The notes: a model not told the origin generated them from the sequence alone. Shown: positions 1 through 10,207, numbered from the stretch's first letter. The stretch: DNA of 64,000 nt from Leptonemataceae bacterium (GCA_965227295.1 OZ245742.1:704001-768000), one strand, 5' to 3'. Made by a program: numbers and translations.

Positions 1-1
1 T

Positions 2-502
2 CTCGACGAAGGCAATCGCATGGGCGAAAAGTCCTGGGCCTCTCTCGCTCCGCTGCTGGACCATCGTCGCTACGTCGAGTCCATCGTTGCCGGCGTAAAG
101 CTCAAGGCCCACCCGGACTTTCGCTTTTGTACGACGATGAACGAGGACGCCTCAACGTACGAAATCCCGGAGTACATCCAGTCCCGCCTCCAGCCGCAGA
201 TCTACATCGACTTTGCCGACGCCGACGAAGAAAGCGAGATCCTGCGCGCGAACATGCCCTTCGCCCCGGAAGAGATCATCGCCTACGTAGTGGAGTTTTT
301 ACAACGCGCCCACGAAGCGGACGAGCCCTATTCCGTGCGGGACGGCATTAACATTACTCGAATGGTACTTAAGCTCGGCGCCGGCCGCAAAGGCGAGACG
401 GACTTCCGGCAACTCGGCGCCGATCCGGGCAAACTGCGCGGGCTCATGCACGACGCCGTCATGGGCATCCTGGGCGACGACGCCCTGCGTTACCTGGGCT
501 GA
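2..502 (+). CDS. MoxR-like AAA+ ATPase, 5'-truncated by the window edge
   Basis: The frame is open from base 2 and reads LDEGNRMGEK (Walker B), then HPDFRFCTTMN (sensor I) and IPEYIQSRL (Arg finger). Confidence 0.8.
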   Translation, partial: LDEGNRMGEKSWASLAPLLDHRRYVESIVAGVKLKAHPDFRFCTTMNEDASTYEIPEYIQSRLQPQIYIDFADADEESEILRANMPFAPEEIIAYVVEFLQRAHEADEPYSVRDGINITRMVLKLGAGRKGETDFRQLGADPGKLRGLMHDAVMGILGDDALRYLG

Positions 503-505
503 ACG

Positions 506-2467
506 GTGAAGAACGCTCGCGACACTTACGCTGCTCTTACGATCGAACTCGCGCCCCGGGTACGCGCGCTGCCCATAGTACACGGCTCCCTCGAATTCAC
601 CGCCGCAGTTCGGCGATTATTTCTCAGCGCCCCCCCGGCCCTGTGTGCCCTGGAATTGCCGGTGGTCTTCGCGTCGTCCCTGCAACGCGCTCTGCGCTAC
701 GCGGACCAGGTACCCGTGCTGACAGCACCGGAAAACGAACAACGAGCGGCACTGCACTTCGTCCTGGAACCGCTCGAACCCCTCGTCGAAGCGGCCCGTT
801 CGTCCCTGGAAGCGAACATTCCGTTTCACTGCATCGACGGATTGGAAGCAGGACCGGGCCTGGTCTGGGAAGCGGAAGATTTTCCGGATACGTTTTGCCT
901 GACGGCCATGTCCGTATCGACGCTCTACGCGGCATACAGAAACAGCACCGGTCCTGCACCGACGCCTGCCGGCGATCGCCGAAGGGAAATCTTCATGGCC
1001 CGGGAACTGCGCAATCTTACGCACGTGGTCAGCGGCAGCCTGCTTTCGGAGGAGCGACCGCTGCTGGTGGTTTGCGGCATCCGCCACGTAGAATCTCTGG
1101 CGCGCCTCTTAAGTTTGTCTGAATCGTCATTTAGACGCTACACCGAGCAGGAGAGCGCGAACGTCGACGGCGGCGAAGAATCCGAAGATGACGACGCCGA
1201 ACCTCTGGAAGCCCTGCTGGAACGGCACGAGCGCCGGGAGGAGCACGCCGACGACGATCCCATTGAAATTACGACGCTGTCCCGGGAAACCGCCGAGGTT
1301 CTCGTGCAGCCCGGTTACTATAACACCGCGTGGTTGTATGCCCGGCGCGGCCTCGCGGCGGTGGATCGTTTCCAGCGGGTCTTTTTGCAACGCCAGGTCT
1401 ACCGGGATACCGTGGAACGCTACGAACGCGAAAGCGGGGAACTGGTGCCGCCCCAACGGGAAAAGCTGTTCTTTCAATTTACGCGCAACTGGAGCTGGCT
1501 GCGCGGTAAGTTACTTCCGGATACGTACCGCCTGGTGATGGCCGCCCGGGCCTTCGGCAACGACAACTTCGCGCGCATCTTCTTCGATCTGCTGGCCTTC
1601 CTTCCGCCGCTGAACGCGCCGCCCTTTCCCGAACGCAAACTCAGCCTCGATGACCTCTACCGTGACAAACGCTTAATTCGTTTTCGGTTGCAGTTAAACC
1701 GCCCCCGTCGTAAAACGCCCGGTTCCATCTCCCGGCGCTTCCAGCGGGAAAAGTATCCGGGCGAGTGGGCTGAACAATGGCAGGGCGGCGGCATCTGTTC
1801 GTATCCGCCGGAAGATCTCATCATCGAAAACTTCGGCCGGGATTTACAAAAGTCCGCGACGGCCATTCTCCGCGGCAGCGGGGAACGCACCGTACCGTTT
1901 ACCTCCAGCATGCTCGACGGCATCGACTATCGCGAGACGATTCGCAATTATCATCTCGGTCGCATTTACGTGAAGGACTTGCAGATTCGCGGCATCGACG
2001 CGGGCAGCGTGGTCATCATCTTCAGCGAGAACCATGACGAACACGCCTGGCGCGTAGTGTGGTGGGGCGAACACGCCGGCGAAAGCGACATGGCCTTTTA
2101 CGCTACGAATCCCGCCGAACGGTTGCGCGGTCCCGGCATCTGCCAGAGTCGCTACGGCGGACTAATGATGACGTATCCCCCCGGGCGGTTGCACGACATC
2201 TGGAACGACGAGGACTACGCCGACTTTCCGGGCCCCGGCGATCGCCTGGTGGCCGCGGCCATAGAGTACAATGAAAAACGCGCGGTCGTCCATCTGGCCC
2301 ATCGCCCGCCGTCACCGCGCATGTACAATCTCGCCGCTCGTTACGGACAGAAGATCGTGCACATCCCGCTCTCGACGATCAGTCCGGTGATGCTGGCCCG
2401 GGTGCGACGCTTTCACGTTCTTGACAGCCGGGATCGACGGAACGATGCAGATGATTATATTTGGTAA
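506..2467 (+). CDS. Conserved hypothetical partner of the MoxR ATPase (TraB/YehM-like N-terminus)
   Basis: 653-aa ORF 3 nt after the ATPase. Motifs IVHGSLEF, LELP and VVCGIRH resemble the TraB/Tiki fold; GIDYRETIRN lies in the C-terminal half. Confidence 0.6.
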   Translation: MKNARDTYAALTIELAPRVRALPIVHGSLEFTAAVRRLFLSAPPALCALELPVVFASSLQRALRYADQVPVLTAPENEQRAALHFVLEPLEPLVEAARSSLEANIPFHCIDGLEAGPGLVWEAEDFPDTFCLTAMSVSTLYAAYRNSTGPAPTPAGDRRREIFMARELRNLTHVVSGSLLSEERPLLVVCGIRHVESLARLLSLSESSFRRYTEQESANVDGGEESEDDDAEPLEALLERHERREEHADDDPIEITTLSRETAEVLVQPGYYNTAWLYARRGLAAVDRFQRVFLQRQVYRDTVERYERESGELVPPQREKLFFQFTRNWSWLRGKLLPDTYRLVMAARAFGNDNFARIFFDLLAFLPPLNAPPFPERKLSLDDLYRDKRLIRFRLQLNRPRRKTPGSISRRFQREKYPGEWAEQWQGGGICSYPPEDLIIENFGRDLQKSATAILRGSGERTVPFTSSMLDGIDYRETIRNYHLGRIYVKDLQIRGIDAGSVVIIFSENHDEHAWRVVWWGEHAGESDMAFYATNPAERLRGPGICQSRYGGLMMTYPPGRLHDIWNDEDYADFPGPGDRLVAAAIEYNEKRAVVHLAHRPPSPRMYNLAARYGQKIVHIPLSTISPVMLARVRRFHVLDSRDRRNDADDYIW

Positions 2468-3219
2468 TGATGAAGTCATCCCCCGCCGACCCATTGCGCG
2501 CCGCCGTGATTGAAGCTTATCGCGGAGAACTGAAGCATCGCTACAGCTCTGAGAACGTGCGACGTTTCTCGCAGTTCGAACACCTCGATCAAAAGCTCAT
2601 CGACGACATCCGTAACTTCTTCCTGGAGTATATTTACCCGCCCTACGCAAAGCGCGGCGCCCGCGACAACTCCTTCGAAGAAATGGGCAACGTGCTCAAG
2701 TCCCCTCGCAAACTGCTGCCCCTTTTCGGGACGGCCCTTACCTCCGTGTGGAAACTCGGCGGCCACCTGGGTCAGGCCATGAAGGCCGGCTTTCGCACTC
2801 TGGAGACCTACATCGAAAGCAAACGCCTGGAAGAACAAATGATTCAGCTCGCCCAGGAGCGCGGCCTGGAGGCGGAACACGTTGCGGACCGCGAATCCAT
2901 CACGACTCTGGTGCGCGGCATTCCCGAAAAGAAAGTCCGCCGTTTTCAGAAAGATATGGTCCGCCTCTTCGAGTCCCTGGCAAACGTCGAGCTCCTGGAA
3001 CGCACGCTGGAAATCATGGCGGACTCGCGCAAGATCATGGAAGAACGCCCGGACGTCTACACGGACAGCGAACGTGCCGGCTTAGGGTACGGCTACGAAC
3101 TCTTAGAGGGCGGCTTTGAGTTGTTCCGGGAGATGAACGACCAGGAAGTCGAGGCCGTGCTCTCGGGCGTGGAAGTCGTGGAAAAGGATTGGTACAAACA
3201 GGTGATGCAGAGAACTTAG
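2467..3219 (+). CDS. Hypothetical helical protein
   Basis: The ATG overlaps the upstream TAA (TAATG) and codon usage is typical for the window. Confidence 0.65.
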   Translation: MMKSSPADPLRAAVIEAYRGELKHRYSSENVRRFSQFEHLDQKLIDDIRNFFLEYIYPPYAKRGARDNSFEEMGNVLKSPRKLLPLFGTALTSVWKLGGHLGQAMKAGFRTLETYIESKRLEEQMIQLAQERGLEAEHVADRESITTLVRGIPEKKVRRFQKDMVRLFESLANVELLERTLEIMADSRKIMEERPDVYTDSERAGLGYGYELLEGGFELFREMNDQEVEAVLSGVEVVEKDWYKQVMQRT

Positions 3220-3596
3220 TGCCCCTCCGCCGCCAGGGGATGCGGAAAGTTGTCCGACTCGTCCTCGCCGGGCCGTTCCGTCAGGCATTGAAAATCTTTC
3301 TCAATCAAGATCCGTAACTCCGCGCCCGATTCCAGGGGCTGCCGCTGCTCGAATCCTACGCGTTCGGTACTGCTCCACTCATCGGCAAGGGCCGGCGGAA
3401 CCCGGACCATAATCCCTTCACCGGCAAACTCGGCACGCACCTCGCCGACCTCCTCATCCCGCTGAAGGGCATAAGTCAGTCGGCCGCTACCGGGAAAACG
3501 AACAGAGTCGGCGACCCGACCGCTTTCCGCGAAACTTTGCAGTTCCGTCTGTGACAGGCGCAATCGCAGGCTATCGCCCTTAATACGCAGCTTCAT
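3216..3596 (-). CDS. Conserved hypothetical protein, last gene of the Moco operon
   Basis: MKLRIKGDSLRLRLSQ...LIEKDFQCL...DNFPHP; ATGA overlap with mobA. Confidence 0.75.
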   Translation of the reverse strand: MKLRIKGDSLRLRLSQTELQSFAESGRVADSVRFPGSGRLTYALQRDEEVGEVRAEFAGEGIMVRVPPALADEWSSTERVGFEQRQPLESGAELRILIEKDFQCLTERPGEDESDNFPHPLAAEGH

Positions 3597-4279
3597 GATG
3601 ATTGCTCCGCGGCCGCCTGTAGATCGGCCTGGTTGTTAAAATTTCTGAGCGCTCGTCGCGCATCTTCCTCCGCGTGCAGCAGCATGGTCAGCCCGGTGGA
3701 GAGCAGCTTGCGCGGGCAGTGAATGAAGTGATCGTGTTCGTCGTTCGCTCCGCCGGCATACCTTTCACGCAATCGCTGTAGGGCCCGCGCCGTGTAAACG
3801 GCACACAGTGGTTCGATCCCCCCGCGTTCGCCCACGGGGTTGTTGTACGCGAAATACTCATATTCACCGGGCGCGTGATAGGCATCAACCACACGACGCA
3901 TGACGTCGATGGTCATGCAGGGAAGATCACAGGCAAGCACGAAGAGATCGCGTTCCGGAAAACGATCGGCAACGCTCAGGATTCCGCGGAGGGGGCCGTG
4001 AGCGCTCGCGAATTGATCGTCGTCCTCGATAAGAACGTCCGCATCGAAACGATGCGCGTACTCCTCGTGCTGCTCCGCGTTTACGGAAAGGACGAACGAC
4101 AGTCCGAGCTCCTCGAACAGAGCACCGGCGCGCTCACTCCAGGTTTCGCCGACGGAGATTCCCGTCTCCGCCTCTCCATCGCGGAGTGCGCTCAGTGGGA
4201 GCAGACCCTTGTCCCGCCCCATTCGCGTGCTGCGCCCCCCGGTGAGCACCACGCCCAGAATGTCCGCCGCATTCTTCAC
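3593..4279 (-). CDS. mobA: Molybdenum cofactor guanylyltransferase
   Basis: VLTGGRSTRMGRDK, GPLRGI, LACDLP, EPLCAVY and NFN motifs; GTG start chosen at 4279. Confidence 0.9.
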   Translation of the reverse strand: MKNAADILGVVLTGGRSTRMGRDKGLLPLSALRDGEAETGISVGETWSERAGALFEELGLSFVLSVNAEQHEEYAHRFDADVLIEDDDQFASAHGPLRGILSVADRFPERDLFVLACDLPCMTIDVMRRVVDAYHAPGEYEYFAYNNPVGERGGIEPLCAVYTARALQRLRERYAGGANDEHDHFIHCPRKLLSTGLTMLLHAEEDARRALRNFNNQADLQAAAEQSS

Positions 4280-4304
4280 AATACTAACTGAACCTTGGAT
4301 AACA

Positions 4305-4748
4305 TTAATGATCGCATGCGGCCGTCCATTGGGCGCTGCCGTCGGCGAAGTGCTCGCGCTTCCAGATCGGCGCACGGCGTTTGACCTCATCAATGACGTA
4401 ACGATTCGCCGCGTAAGCCTCGTCACGGTGCGAGGCGGCGCTCACGACGGCCACCGCCGCCTCGCCGATTTCCAGCCGCCCCACGCGATGGACGCACAAC
4501 ACGGCGTGCAACGACCAACGCTCCCGCGCTTCGGCAAGAATCGTGCGGATCGTTTTCGCGGCCATGCTTTCGTGCGCCTCGTACTCGAGATACAGGACGT
4601 CCTTGCCGTGACTGTGGTTTCGAACGTTACCGGTGAATACCAGAACGGCCCCCGCTTCCGGCCGGTTGCAGGCTTCGCTCAATGTCTGCATGTCGAGGAC
4701 GTCCGCGCTGATTTCGGGGTAGGCCGTGGTACCGCGCTGCATGATCAT
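4305..4748 (-). CDS. moaE: Molybdopterin synthase catalytic subunit
   Basis: GAVLVFTGNVRN, LEYEAH, HRVGRLEIGE, HRDEAY, PIWKRE. Confidence 0.95.
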   Translation of the reverse strand: MIMQRGTTAYPEISADVLDMQTLSEACNRPEAGAVLVFTGNVRNHSHGKDVLYLEYEAHESMAAKTIRTILAEARERWSLHAVLCVHRVGRLEIGEAAVAVVSAASHRDEAYAANRYVIDEVKRRAPIWKREHFADGSAQWTAACDH

Positions 4749-4996
4749 CCTCCTCCGAACGGCGGGAACACATGGACATGCGTTCCGTCTTCGAGAAGAT
4801 AATCATTCTCCACCATCTCGTCGTCCACCGCAAATCGACAGATCGCAATCAACTGCGCACTGGCCGGCCGTAGTTCCACGAGTGCCCGACTTAGATCTTC
4901 GAGACGGGCAGTGTCCCCGCCGACCTCGATCTCCAGGCTGGCCGGAAAAAAATCCTTCCACCCACCGTATCCGCTCACGACGATCCGGCGCTTCAT
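4745..4996 (-). CDS. moaD: Molybdopterin synthase sulfur carrier
   Basis: 83-aa ubiquitin-like protein ending FPPFGGG, between moaA and moaE. Confidence 0.9.
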   Translation of the reverse strand: MKRRIVVSGYGGWKDFFPASLEIEVGGDTARLEDLSRALVELRPASAQLIAICRFAVDDEMVENDYLLEDGTHVHVFPPFGGG

Positions 4997-5970
4997 CCAC
5001 CGATCTCCTTCATGCTCAGTTCGCTTCCGGTGAAACCGTCGCGGCGTTTGTCGGCGAGCGCCGCGCGCAGAACCGTGCGAATGTCCGCATCATCTTGCGG
5101 CAGGGCGTGGCCCCGGGCCGAACTCAAACAGCCGTAAACGTTGCCTGCGGCGTCCAGGCGCAGGCGATCGCAGTCGCCGCAAAACGGTCGCGAGTGATTC
5201 GCGATGATGCCGAAGATCGCACCGGCGTGCGGTCCGCCGCGCATGCGCCAGTAGCGTGCGGTGGCATGGCTCTCCCGCTGCAGTTCTTCGGCGGCGTCAC
5301 CGTTCAGGACCTCGGCGAGGATTTCCGCTTCGGACAGGAACAACTCCTCGTGATCCTCGCGAACCGGCCCCATGCGCATGAACTCCAGGTAACGAATCGT
5401 TAACTTACGCTCGGCAGAAGCTTCGAAGAGGGGCCGCAGTTCGTGATCGTTGTAGCCGCGCAGCGCCGTGCAGTTCAATTTCACCGCAAGGCCCAAATCC
5501 GCGGCCCGATCTACGGCGGCGAGAACGTCCCGCGGTTCGCCGCGGCCGCCGAGATCCTGGTGGCTTTCCACGCTCAGCGCATCGAGGGAAACGTTGAGGT
5601 CATCCAGGCCGGCCGCCCGCAGTTCGCCGAGGAGCGGCCCGAGGCGGAGACCGTTCGAAGTCAGCGCCACTCTTTCGATACCCAGATCTTTCAGGCCACG
5701 GCAGAGTTCCGCGAGATGCGGATACAGCGTCGGCTCACCGCCGGTGATGCGCACCGTATGAAAGGCATTGGCCCGATGCAGGCGACGAACCGAATCCAGC
5801 AGGGCGCCGGGCTCTGGAAAACGAGCGCGGCTTTCCCCGCTACTCTGCGGGGCGCAGTATCGGCACGCGAAGTTGCACAATGCCGTGACACTAATACGCA
5901 GTGAGCGAAAGTTACGGCCGAGATCGTCCGTTACGTCGACGTCCTGCTCTGTCTTCCAGACGGTATTCAA
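4993..5970 (-). CDS. moaA: GTP 3',8-cyclase (radical SAM)
   Basis: LRISVTALCNFACRYC, ITGGEP, FCGDCDRLRL...GC and C-terminal IGG; the TTG start overlaps the moeA stop. Confidence 0.93.
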   Translation of the reverse strand: MNTVWKTEQDVDVTDDLGRNFRSLRISVTALCNFACRYCAPQSSGESRARFPEPGALLDSVRRLHRANAFHTVRITGGEPTLYPHLAELCRGLKDLGIERVALTSNGLRLGPLLGELRAAGLDDLNVSLDALSVESHQDLGGRGEPRDVLAAVDRAADLGLAVKLNCTALRGYNDHELRPLFEASAERKLTIRYLEFMRMGPVREDHEELFLSEAEILAEVLNGDAAEELQRESHATARYWRMRGGPHAGAIFGIIANHSRPFCGDCDRLRLDAAGNVYGCLSSARGHALPQDDADIRTVLRAALADKRRDGFTGSELSMKEIGG

Positions 5971-7193
5971 AACTGCTCCCAGGGAAAATAGCGCACAACG
6001 GCGCCCGCGGCCAGTTCCGATTGCTCCGCCGGATGCAGGGCCAGGCCCGTGGAGCCCAGGCCGGCCCGCACATCCCCGCTGCCGTTGAACGTAACTTCCA
6101 TGAGTTGCATCGCCCCGCTCCCGGTGGGAACCGGGCGGCACGGGAAGAACTCGTGACGCTCTCCTTTCTTGCGACGCCCGCCGGCCAGCGGGAACCGCTG
6201 TACGGGCTCCTCGGGGAAACGGAGCGCGGAACGAAGATAACTTTCCACAAAAATTCGACAGCACGCCTGAACGGAAAACGGATTTCCCGGCAGGCCGAAG
6301 ACCGCCGTGCGTTCGCCCGTTCCAAACCACAGGGGCTTGCCCGGTTTGACGTTGATGCGATGAAAGACGTTACGAATTCCCGCCGACGCCAGGGCCGCCG
6401 GAACAAAGTCTCGATCCCCCATAGAAACACCGCCGGTGAGCAGCAGAAGTTCGGCGGCATAACCTCGCGGGTCCAGGAGTTCACGCAATGCCTCTTCGAT
6501 GGCGCCGCGATCATCGCCGCGGTGTTCCATGCGCGCGTCGACGCCGTAGCGCCGCAATTGCGCGGCAAGCACGAACCCGTTGGACGCACGGATCTGATGC
6601 GCCGCCGGAGTCTGCGCCGGATCCACCAGTTCGTCTCCGGTGGTCAGGATCGCCGTGCGCGGCGGACGGTACACCGTGGGACGCACGGTACCGGTCGTTG
6701 CCAGTACTCCCGTTACCGCGTGATCCACCCGACTGCCTTGCGCGGCCATCACTTCGCGGGCGCGCAGATCTTCGCCGCGGCGAGCGATGTTCCGCCCGGG
6801 TTCCGGCGCATCACACACAAAACGCACGCGTTGATTTTGCTCCGTGCTGTCTTCAATGCGAATCACGGCGTCGAAGCCGGCAGGAACCGGCGCCCCCGTC
6901 ATGATGCGCACGCAGTGGCCCGGCGCGGCCGTGTTTTCCGGTGCCGCCTCGCCGGCGTTCACCACGGCCGCCACGATCAGCTCCCTTCCCGGATCCGCGG
7001 CGAGGTCCGCGCTGCGTACGGCGAAGCCGTCCATCATGGAACGATCAAAGGGCGGGTAATCGCGATCGGCACGCACGTCCGCGGCCAGAACACGACCGAA
7101 AGCGGCATCGTACTTCAGCTCTTCGACATCGGCTAACTTAATGTGATCTTGTACCAAGCGGAGCGCCGCGTGTAGATCCAGGAGTGAACTCAC
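5967..7193 (-). CDS. moeA: Molybdopterin molybdotransferase
   Basis: PPFDRSMMDGFAV, IMTGAPVP, TGDEL, TGGVSMGDRD, KPGKP, LPGNP; GTGA overlap with moaC. Confidence 0.95.
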   Translation of the reverse strand: MSSLLDLHAALRLVQDHIKLADVEELKYDAAFGRVLAADVRADRDYPPFDRSMMDGFAVRSADLAADPGRELIVAAVVNAGEAAPENTAAPGHCVRIMTGAPVPAGFDAVIRIEDSTEQNQRVRFVCDAPEPGRNIARRGEDLRAREVMAAQGSRVDHAVTGVLATTGTVRPTVYRPPRTAILTTGDELVDPAQTPAAHQIRASNGFVLAAQLRRYGVDARMEHRGDDRGAIEEALRELLDPRGYAAELLLLTGGVSMGDRDFVPAALASAGIRNVFHRINVKPGKPLWFGTGERTAVFGLPGNPFSVQACCRIFVESYLRSALRFPEEPVQRFPLAGGRRKKGERHEFFPCRPVPTGSGAMQLMEVTFNGSGDVRAGLGSTGLALHPAEQSELAAGAVVRYFPWEQF

Positions 7194-7633
7194 CGGCGAT
7201 CGATCTCCGGATGATGAAAGTCCCCGCTCTTGCCGCCGGTCTTGCTTTCGAGTAAAAGGCCTTCGACGACCATGGTTTTGTCGACGGGCTTGAGCAGATC
7301 GTAGACCGTCAGCAGGGCCACACTGACGGCGGTCATCGCTTCCATCTCCGGACCGGTCCGCGCCAGGCAACGCACGGTCACGCGACACAGAACGCCGTCG
7401 CCCTCCGTTTCGAAGTTCACGGCGGTTTCTTCGATGGGTACCGGATGGCAGTGCGGAATCAGGGCCGGCGTTTGTTTCGCGGCCAGAAGCGCGGCCGCCC
7501 GGGCCACGTCGAAGAGATTGCCCTTGGGCAGGCGTCCCTCACGAATGCGGGCAACCGTTTCCGGCAGACACTGTAACCGGCCGCGGGCAACAGCGGTACG
7601 CAGCGTTACGGTTTTTTCGCTGATGTCGATCAT
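7190..7633 (-). CDS. moaC: Cyclic pyranopterin monophosphate synthase
   Basis: MIDISEK, LIPHCHP, TGPEMEA, YDLLKPVD, KTGGKSG. Confidence 0.95.
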   Translation of the reverse strand: MIDISEKTVTLRTAVARGRLQCLPETVARIREGRLPKGNLFDVARAAALLAAKQTPALIPHCHPVPIEETAVNFETEGDGVLCRVTVRCLARTGPEMEAMTAVSVALLTVYDLLKPVDKTMVVEGLLLESKTGGKSGDFHHPEIDRR

Positions 7634-7769
7634 GCTGCTACAGAATCCAGGCGCAGCATCTTCCACGCAAGCAGAAGATGAGACCGTGTCTGAGAGTACG
7701 TCTCAGCTCCGCCTCACCTTAACAGCGAGTACCGGCTTGCCATCCCAACGCGGCGCAAAACGATCCACC

Positions 7770-9194
7770 ATGCTCTCGTCCGTGGATCTGGCCTCCCTGC
7801 TGCGTAAGTACGATGCTCCGGCGCCGCGCTATACCAGCTATCCCCCCGCCCCGGCCTTCCGAAACGACTTCGACGCCGTCGACTACGCCACGCTTCTCCG
7901 CGAGGCATCGCATCATAAAAATCCACTGTCACTCTACGTGCACATTCCCTTCTGCCGGAATGTTTGTTGGTTCTGCGCATGCAACGTCGTCTATACGGCC
8001 AATCGCAAACGTTGCAGCCCGTATCTCGATCTTGTACGCCGGGAGATGCAACTCGCAGCGGAACACCTGCACGGCGGATCACGCCAGGTCCGGCAGTTGC
8101 ACTGGGGCGGAGGCACGCCGACCTTTCTCGCACCGGAAGAAATTCTTCGTTTGTTCGCGGACATCGAGGCGTTCTTCGAGACGGCGCCCCGGGCCGACCG
8201 GGAATTCAGCGTAGAACTGGATCCGCGCGAAACTACGGCCGAACACGTAGCCGCTCTACGAAAATGCGGCTTTACCCGGGCATCTCTGGGCATTCAGGAT
8301 TTCGATCCGGACGTGCAGTCGGCGGTGCATCGCGTTCAGCCTTTCGAACAAACGGCGGAACTTGCGGACACGTTGCGCAATAGTGGTTTTCGCAGCATCA
8401 ACGCCGACCTCATCTACGGCCTGCCCCTCCAGGAGTTAAGTCGTTTTGAACGCACATTAAGAAAAGTAACGCAAATCCGGCCCGATCGCGTGTCCCTGTT
8501 TCACTTTGCGTATCTGCCGGAGCTCAAGAAACACCAGAAGAACATCCGCGCCGACGACATCCCGACCCCCGGAACGCGCCTCCGACTCTTTGAGCTGGCC
8601 GTAGAGATTCTTACCGCCGAGGGTTATGTGCACATCGGCATGGACCACTTCGCGCTGCCCGGCGACGAACTCGCCGTAGCCCAACGCGAGCGCCGGCTGC
8701 ACCGCAACTTTCAGGGCTACACGACCATGCCGGACGCGGACCTGCTCGGTTTCGGCGTATCATCCATAGGCGCCCTGGCAGGAAACGACGGGAGCCGGGC
8801 GGCCTACATTCAGAACGCGAAAGATCTAAGTGACTACGAGCAGCGATTAATCCGCGGAGCACTGCCCGTAATGCGGGGCCTGATTCTGAGCGATGCCGAT
8901 CGCTTGCGCCGGCATATCATCAACGAATTGATCTGCCACTTTGAATTGCACTTCCGCGCGGTAGAATCGCGTTTCGGCGACGTGCTGCATGACGATTTCG
9001 TGCGGTGTTTCGCGGGTGAACTCAACGCCCTGGAAGATTTCGAACGCGACGGCCTCGTGCACGTGGATCGCACGGGCGGGCGCATCGAAGTCACCCGCGC
9101 CGGCCGCTTCGTGGTACGTCACATTTGCGCCGTATTCGATGCGTACGCGCAGCAACTCGCGGAAGCCGGGCAGCGGTTCAGCAAGGTTTTGTGA
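7770..9194 (+). CDS. hemN: Oxygen-independent coproporphyrinogen III oxidase
   Basis: PRYTSYP, YVHIPFCRNVCWFCAC, HWGGGTP, IGMDHFA, LHRNFQGY. Confidence 0.95.
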   Translation: MLSSVDLASLLRKYDAPAPRYTSYPPAPAFRNDFDAVDYATLLREASHHKNPLSLYVHIPFCRNVCWFCACNVVYTANRKRCSPYLDLVRREMQLAAEHLHGGSRQVRQLHWGGGTPTFLAPEEILRLFADIEAFFETAPRADREFSVELDPRETTAEHVAALRKCGFTRASLGIQDFDPDVQSAVHRVQPFEQTAELADTLRNSGFRSINADLIYGLPLQELSRFERTLRKVTQIRPDRVSLFHFAYLPELKKHQKNIRADDIPTPGTRLRLFELAVEILTAEGYVHIGMDHFALPGDELAVAQRERRLHRNFQGYTTMPDADLLGFGVSSIGALAGNDGSRAAYIQNAKDLSDYEQRLIRGALPVMRGLILSDADRLRRHIINELICHFELHFRAVESRFGDVLHDDFVRCFAGELNALEDFERDGLVHVDRTGGRIEVTRAGRFVVRHICAVFDAYAQQLAEAGQRFSKVL

Positions 9195-9195
9195 T

Positions 9196-9762
9196 TCAAT
9201 CGCGCTTGCGAAACATTTCCTGCCAGTAGGCGACCTCGTCTGCACCGAGTTCGACGTCGACGTCTTTGTCAGCATCCTCGTCTTTGCGTTTGCGATTCTT
9301 GCGCAGCTCGCTGCGCCCCGGACGATCATCCAGCAATCCGCCGCCCAGGAAATCATCCACCCACAACGCAAACTCGTCCGAAGTCTTGCGATGGCAGCGA
9401 TGCTTGCGCGCGTAGTCGAGGACCTCTTTGTCACTGGAAACCACCGTCACCTCTCCCGGCGACGCTACGGACTTCAGAAACTCGCGGATCAGATGATCGG
9501 CGCTGAGATCGTGGGAATAGTAGAGTTGCAATCCGCCGAGCTGCAGGCGCCTGGTTTCGTCACCGGCCTTGCGTTTGCCGTCAAAGAATACGTGCAGTTC
9601 CGGGAGGCGTTTGCCGCGCTTCACCTTGCCGTGCTCGCTGCGCAGACGAGTGAGGACATCGGTAAGACCGCGCATGGCCTGTTCCAGTTGCCCGCGATAC
9701 ATGTGCTCTTCGAGTTCGGGGAACTTATAGATCAAATTAAACGCGTCGATAACGTAGATCAT
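9196..9762 (-). CDS. NYN-domain (YacP/Rae1-like) ribonuclease
   Basis: IDAFNL, VFFDG, SADHLI, VVSSD are the acidic PIN/NYN motifs. Confidence 0.85.
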   Translation of the reverse strand: MIYVIDAFNLIYKFPELEEHMYRGQLEQAMRGLTDVLTRLRSEHGKVKRGKRLPELHVFFDGKRKAGDETRRLQLGGLQLYYSHDLSADHLIREFLKSVASPGEVTVVSSDKEVLDYARKHRCHRKTSDEFALWVDDFLGGGLLDDRPGRSELRKNRKRKDEDADKDVDVELGADEVAYWQEMFRKRD

Positions 9763-10199
9763 GATTCCCGCCGCCAGGTTTCTTTGTACCCGAACTTCAC
9801 CGCGTTGTCGGTAAATTTTATGAAGTCCGGCACAAACTTCCAGAACGTGGCGCCAGGGACATTCCGCGCGTACGGAAAGGCATCGTAGTAGGCCGCCCGA
9901 TCCTGATCCGCGCCTTCGTCAAGTTCCTGGATCAATCCGGTGCACTGCACGCCGCGAATCTCCGCCACGTTCGCCGCATCCGAGGGCTCCGCGTAAATCG
10001 TCACCGCCGCGCGCGGGTCGGACGTCATTTCCTGAGCATGCCTGGTTTTTTTATCCGACAGAAATACGAGCGCCGGCTCGTTTGCCCGGAAGACGTAATA
10101 GACGTTACAGGCATACGGCCCGGCCACGGAGAGAGTGGACAGCGAAAGCACAAAACGAGATTCAAGAAATGCGCTGATACCGGACGGGAGGGCGGACAC
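9759..10199 (-). CDS. Pyridoxamine 5'-phosphate oxidase-like split-barrel protein (YhbP/UPF0306-like)
   Basis: LSLST, PYACNVYY, SDKKTRH, IRGVQ, IKFTDN..FGYK. Confidence 0.8.
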   Translation of the reverse strand: MSALPSGISAFLESRFVLSLSTLSVAGPYACNVYYVFRANEPALVFLSDKKTRHAQEMTSDPRAAVTIYAEPSDAANVAEIRGVQCTGLIQELDEGADQDRAAYYDAFPYARNVPGATFWKFVPDFIKFTDNAVKFGYKETWRRES

Positions 10200-10207
10200 G
10201 TGGCCGG

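Noticed and set aside
5901-7136. Long antisense ORFs (also 18378-19484, 30943-32178, 37898-39271, 57903-58802)
   Set aside because: They are shadow frames of well-supported genes in GC-rich DNA and carry no motifs of their own.
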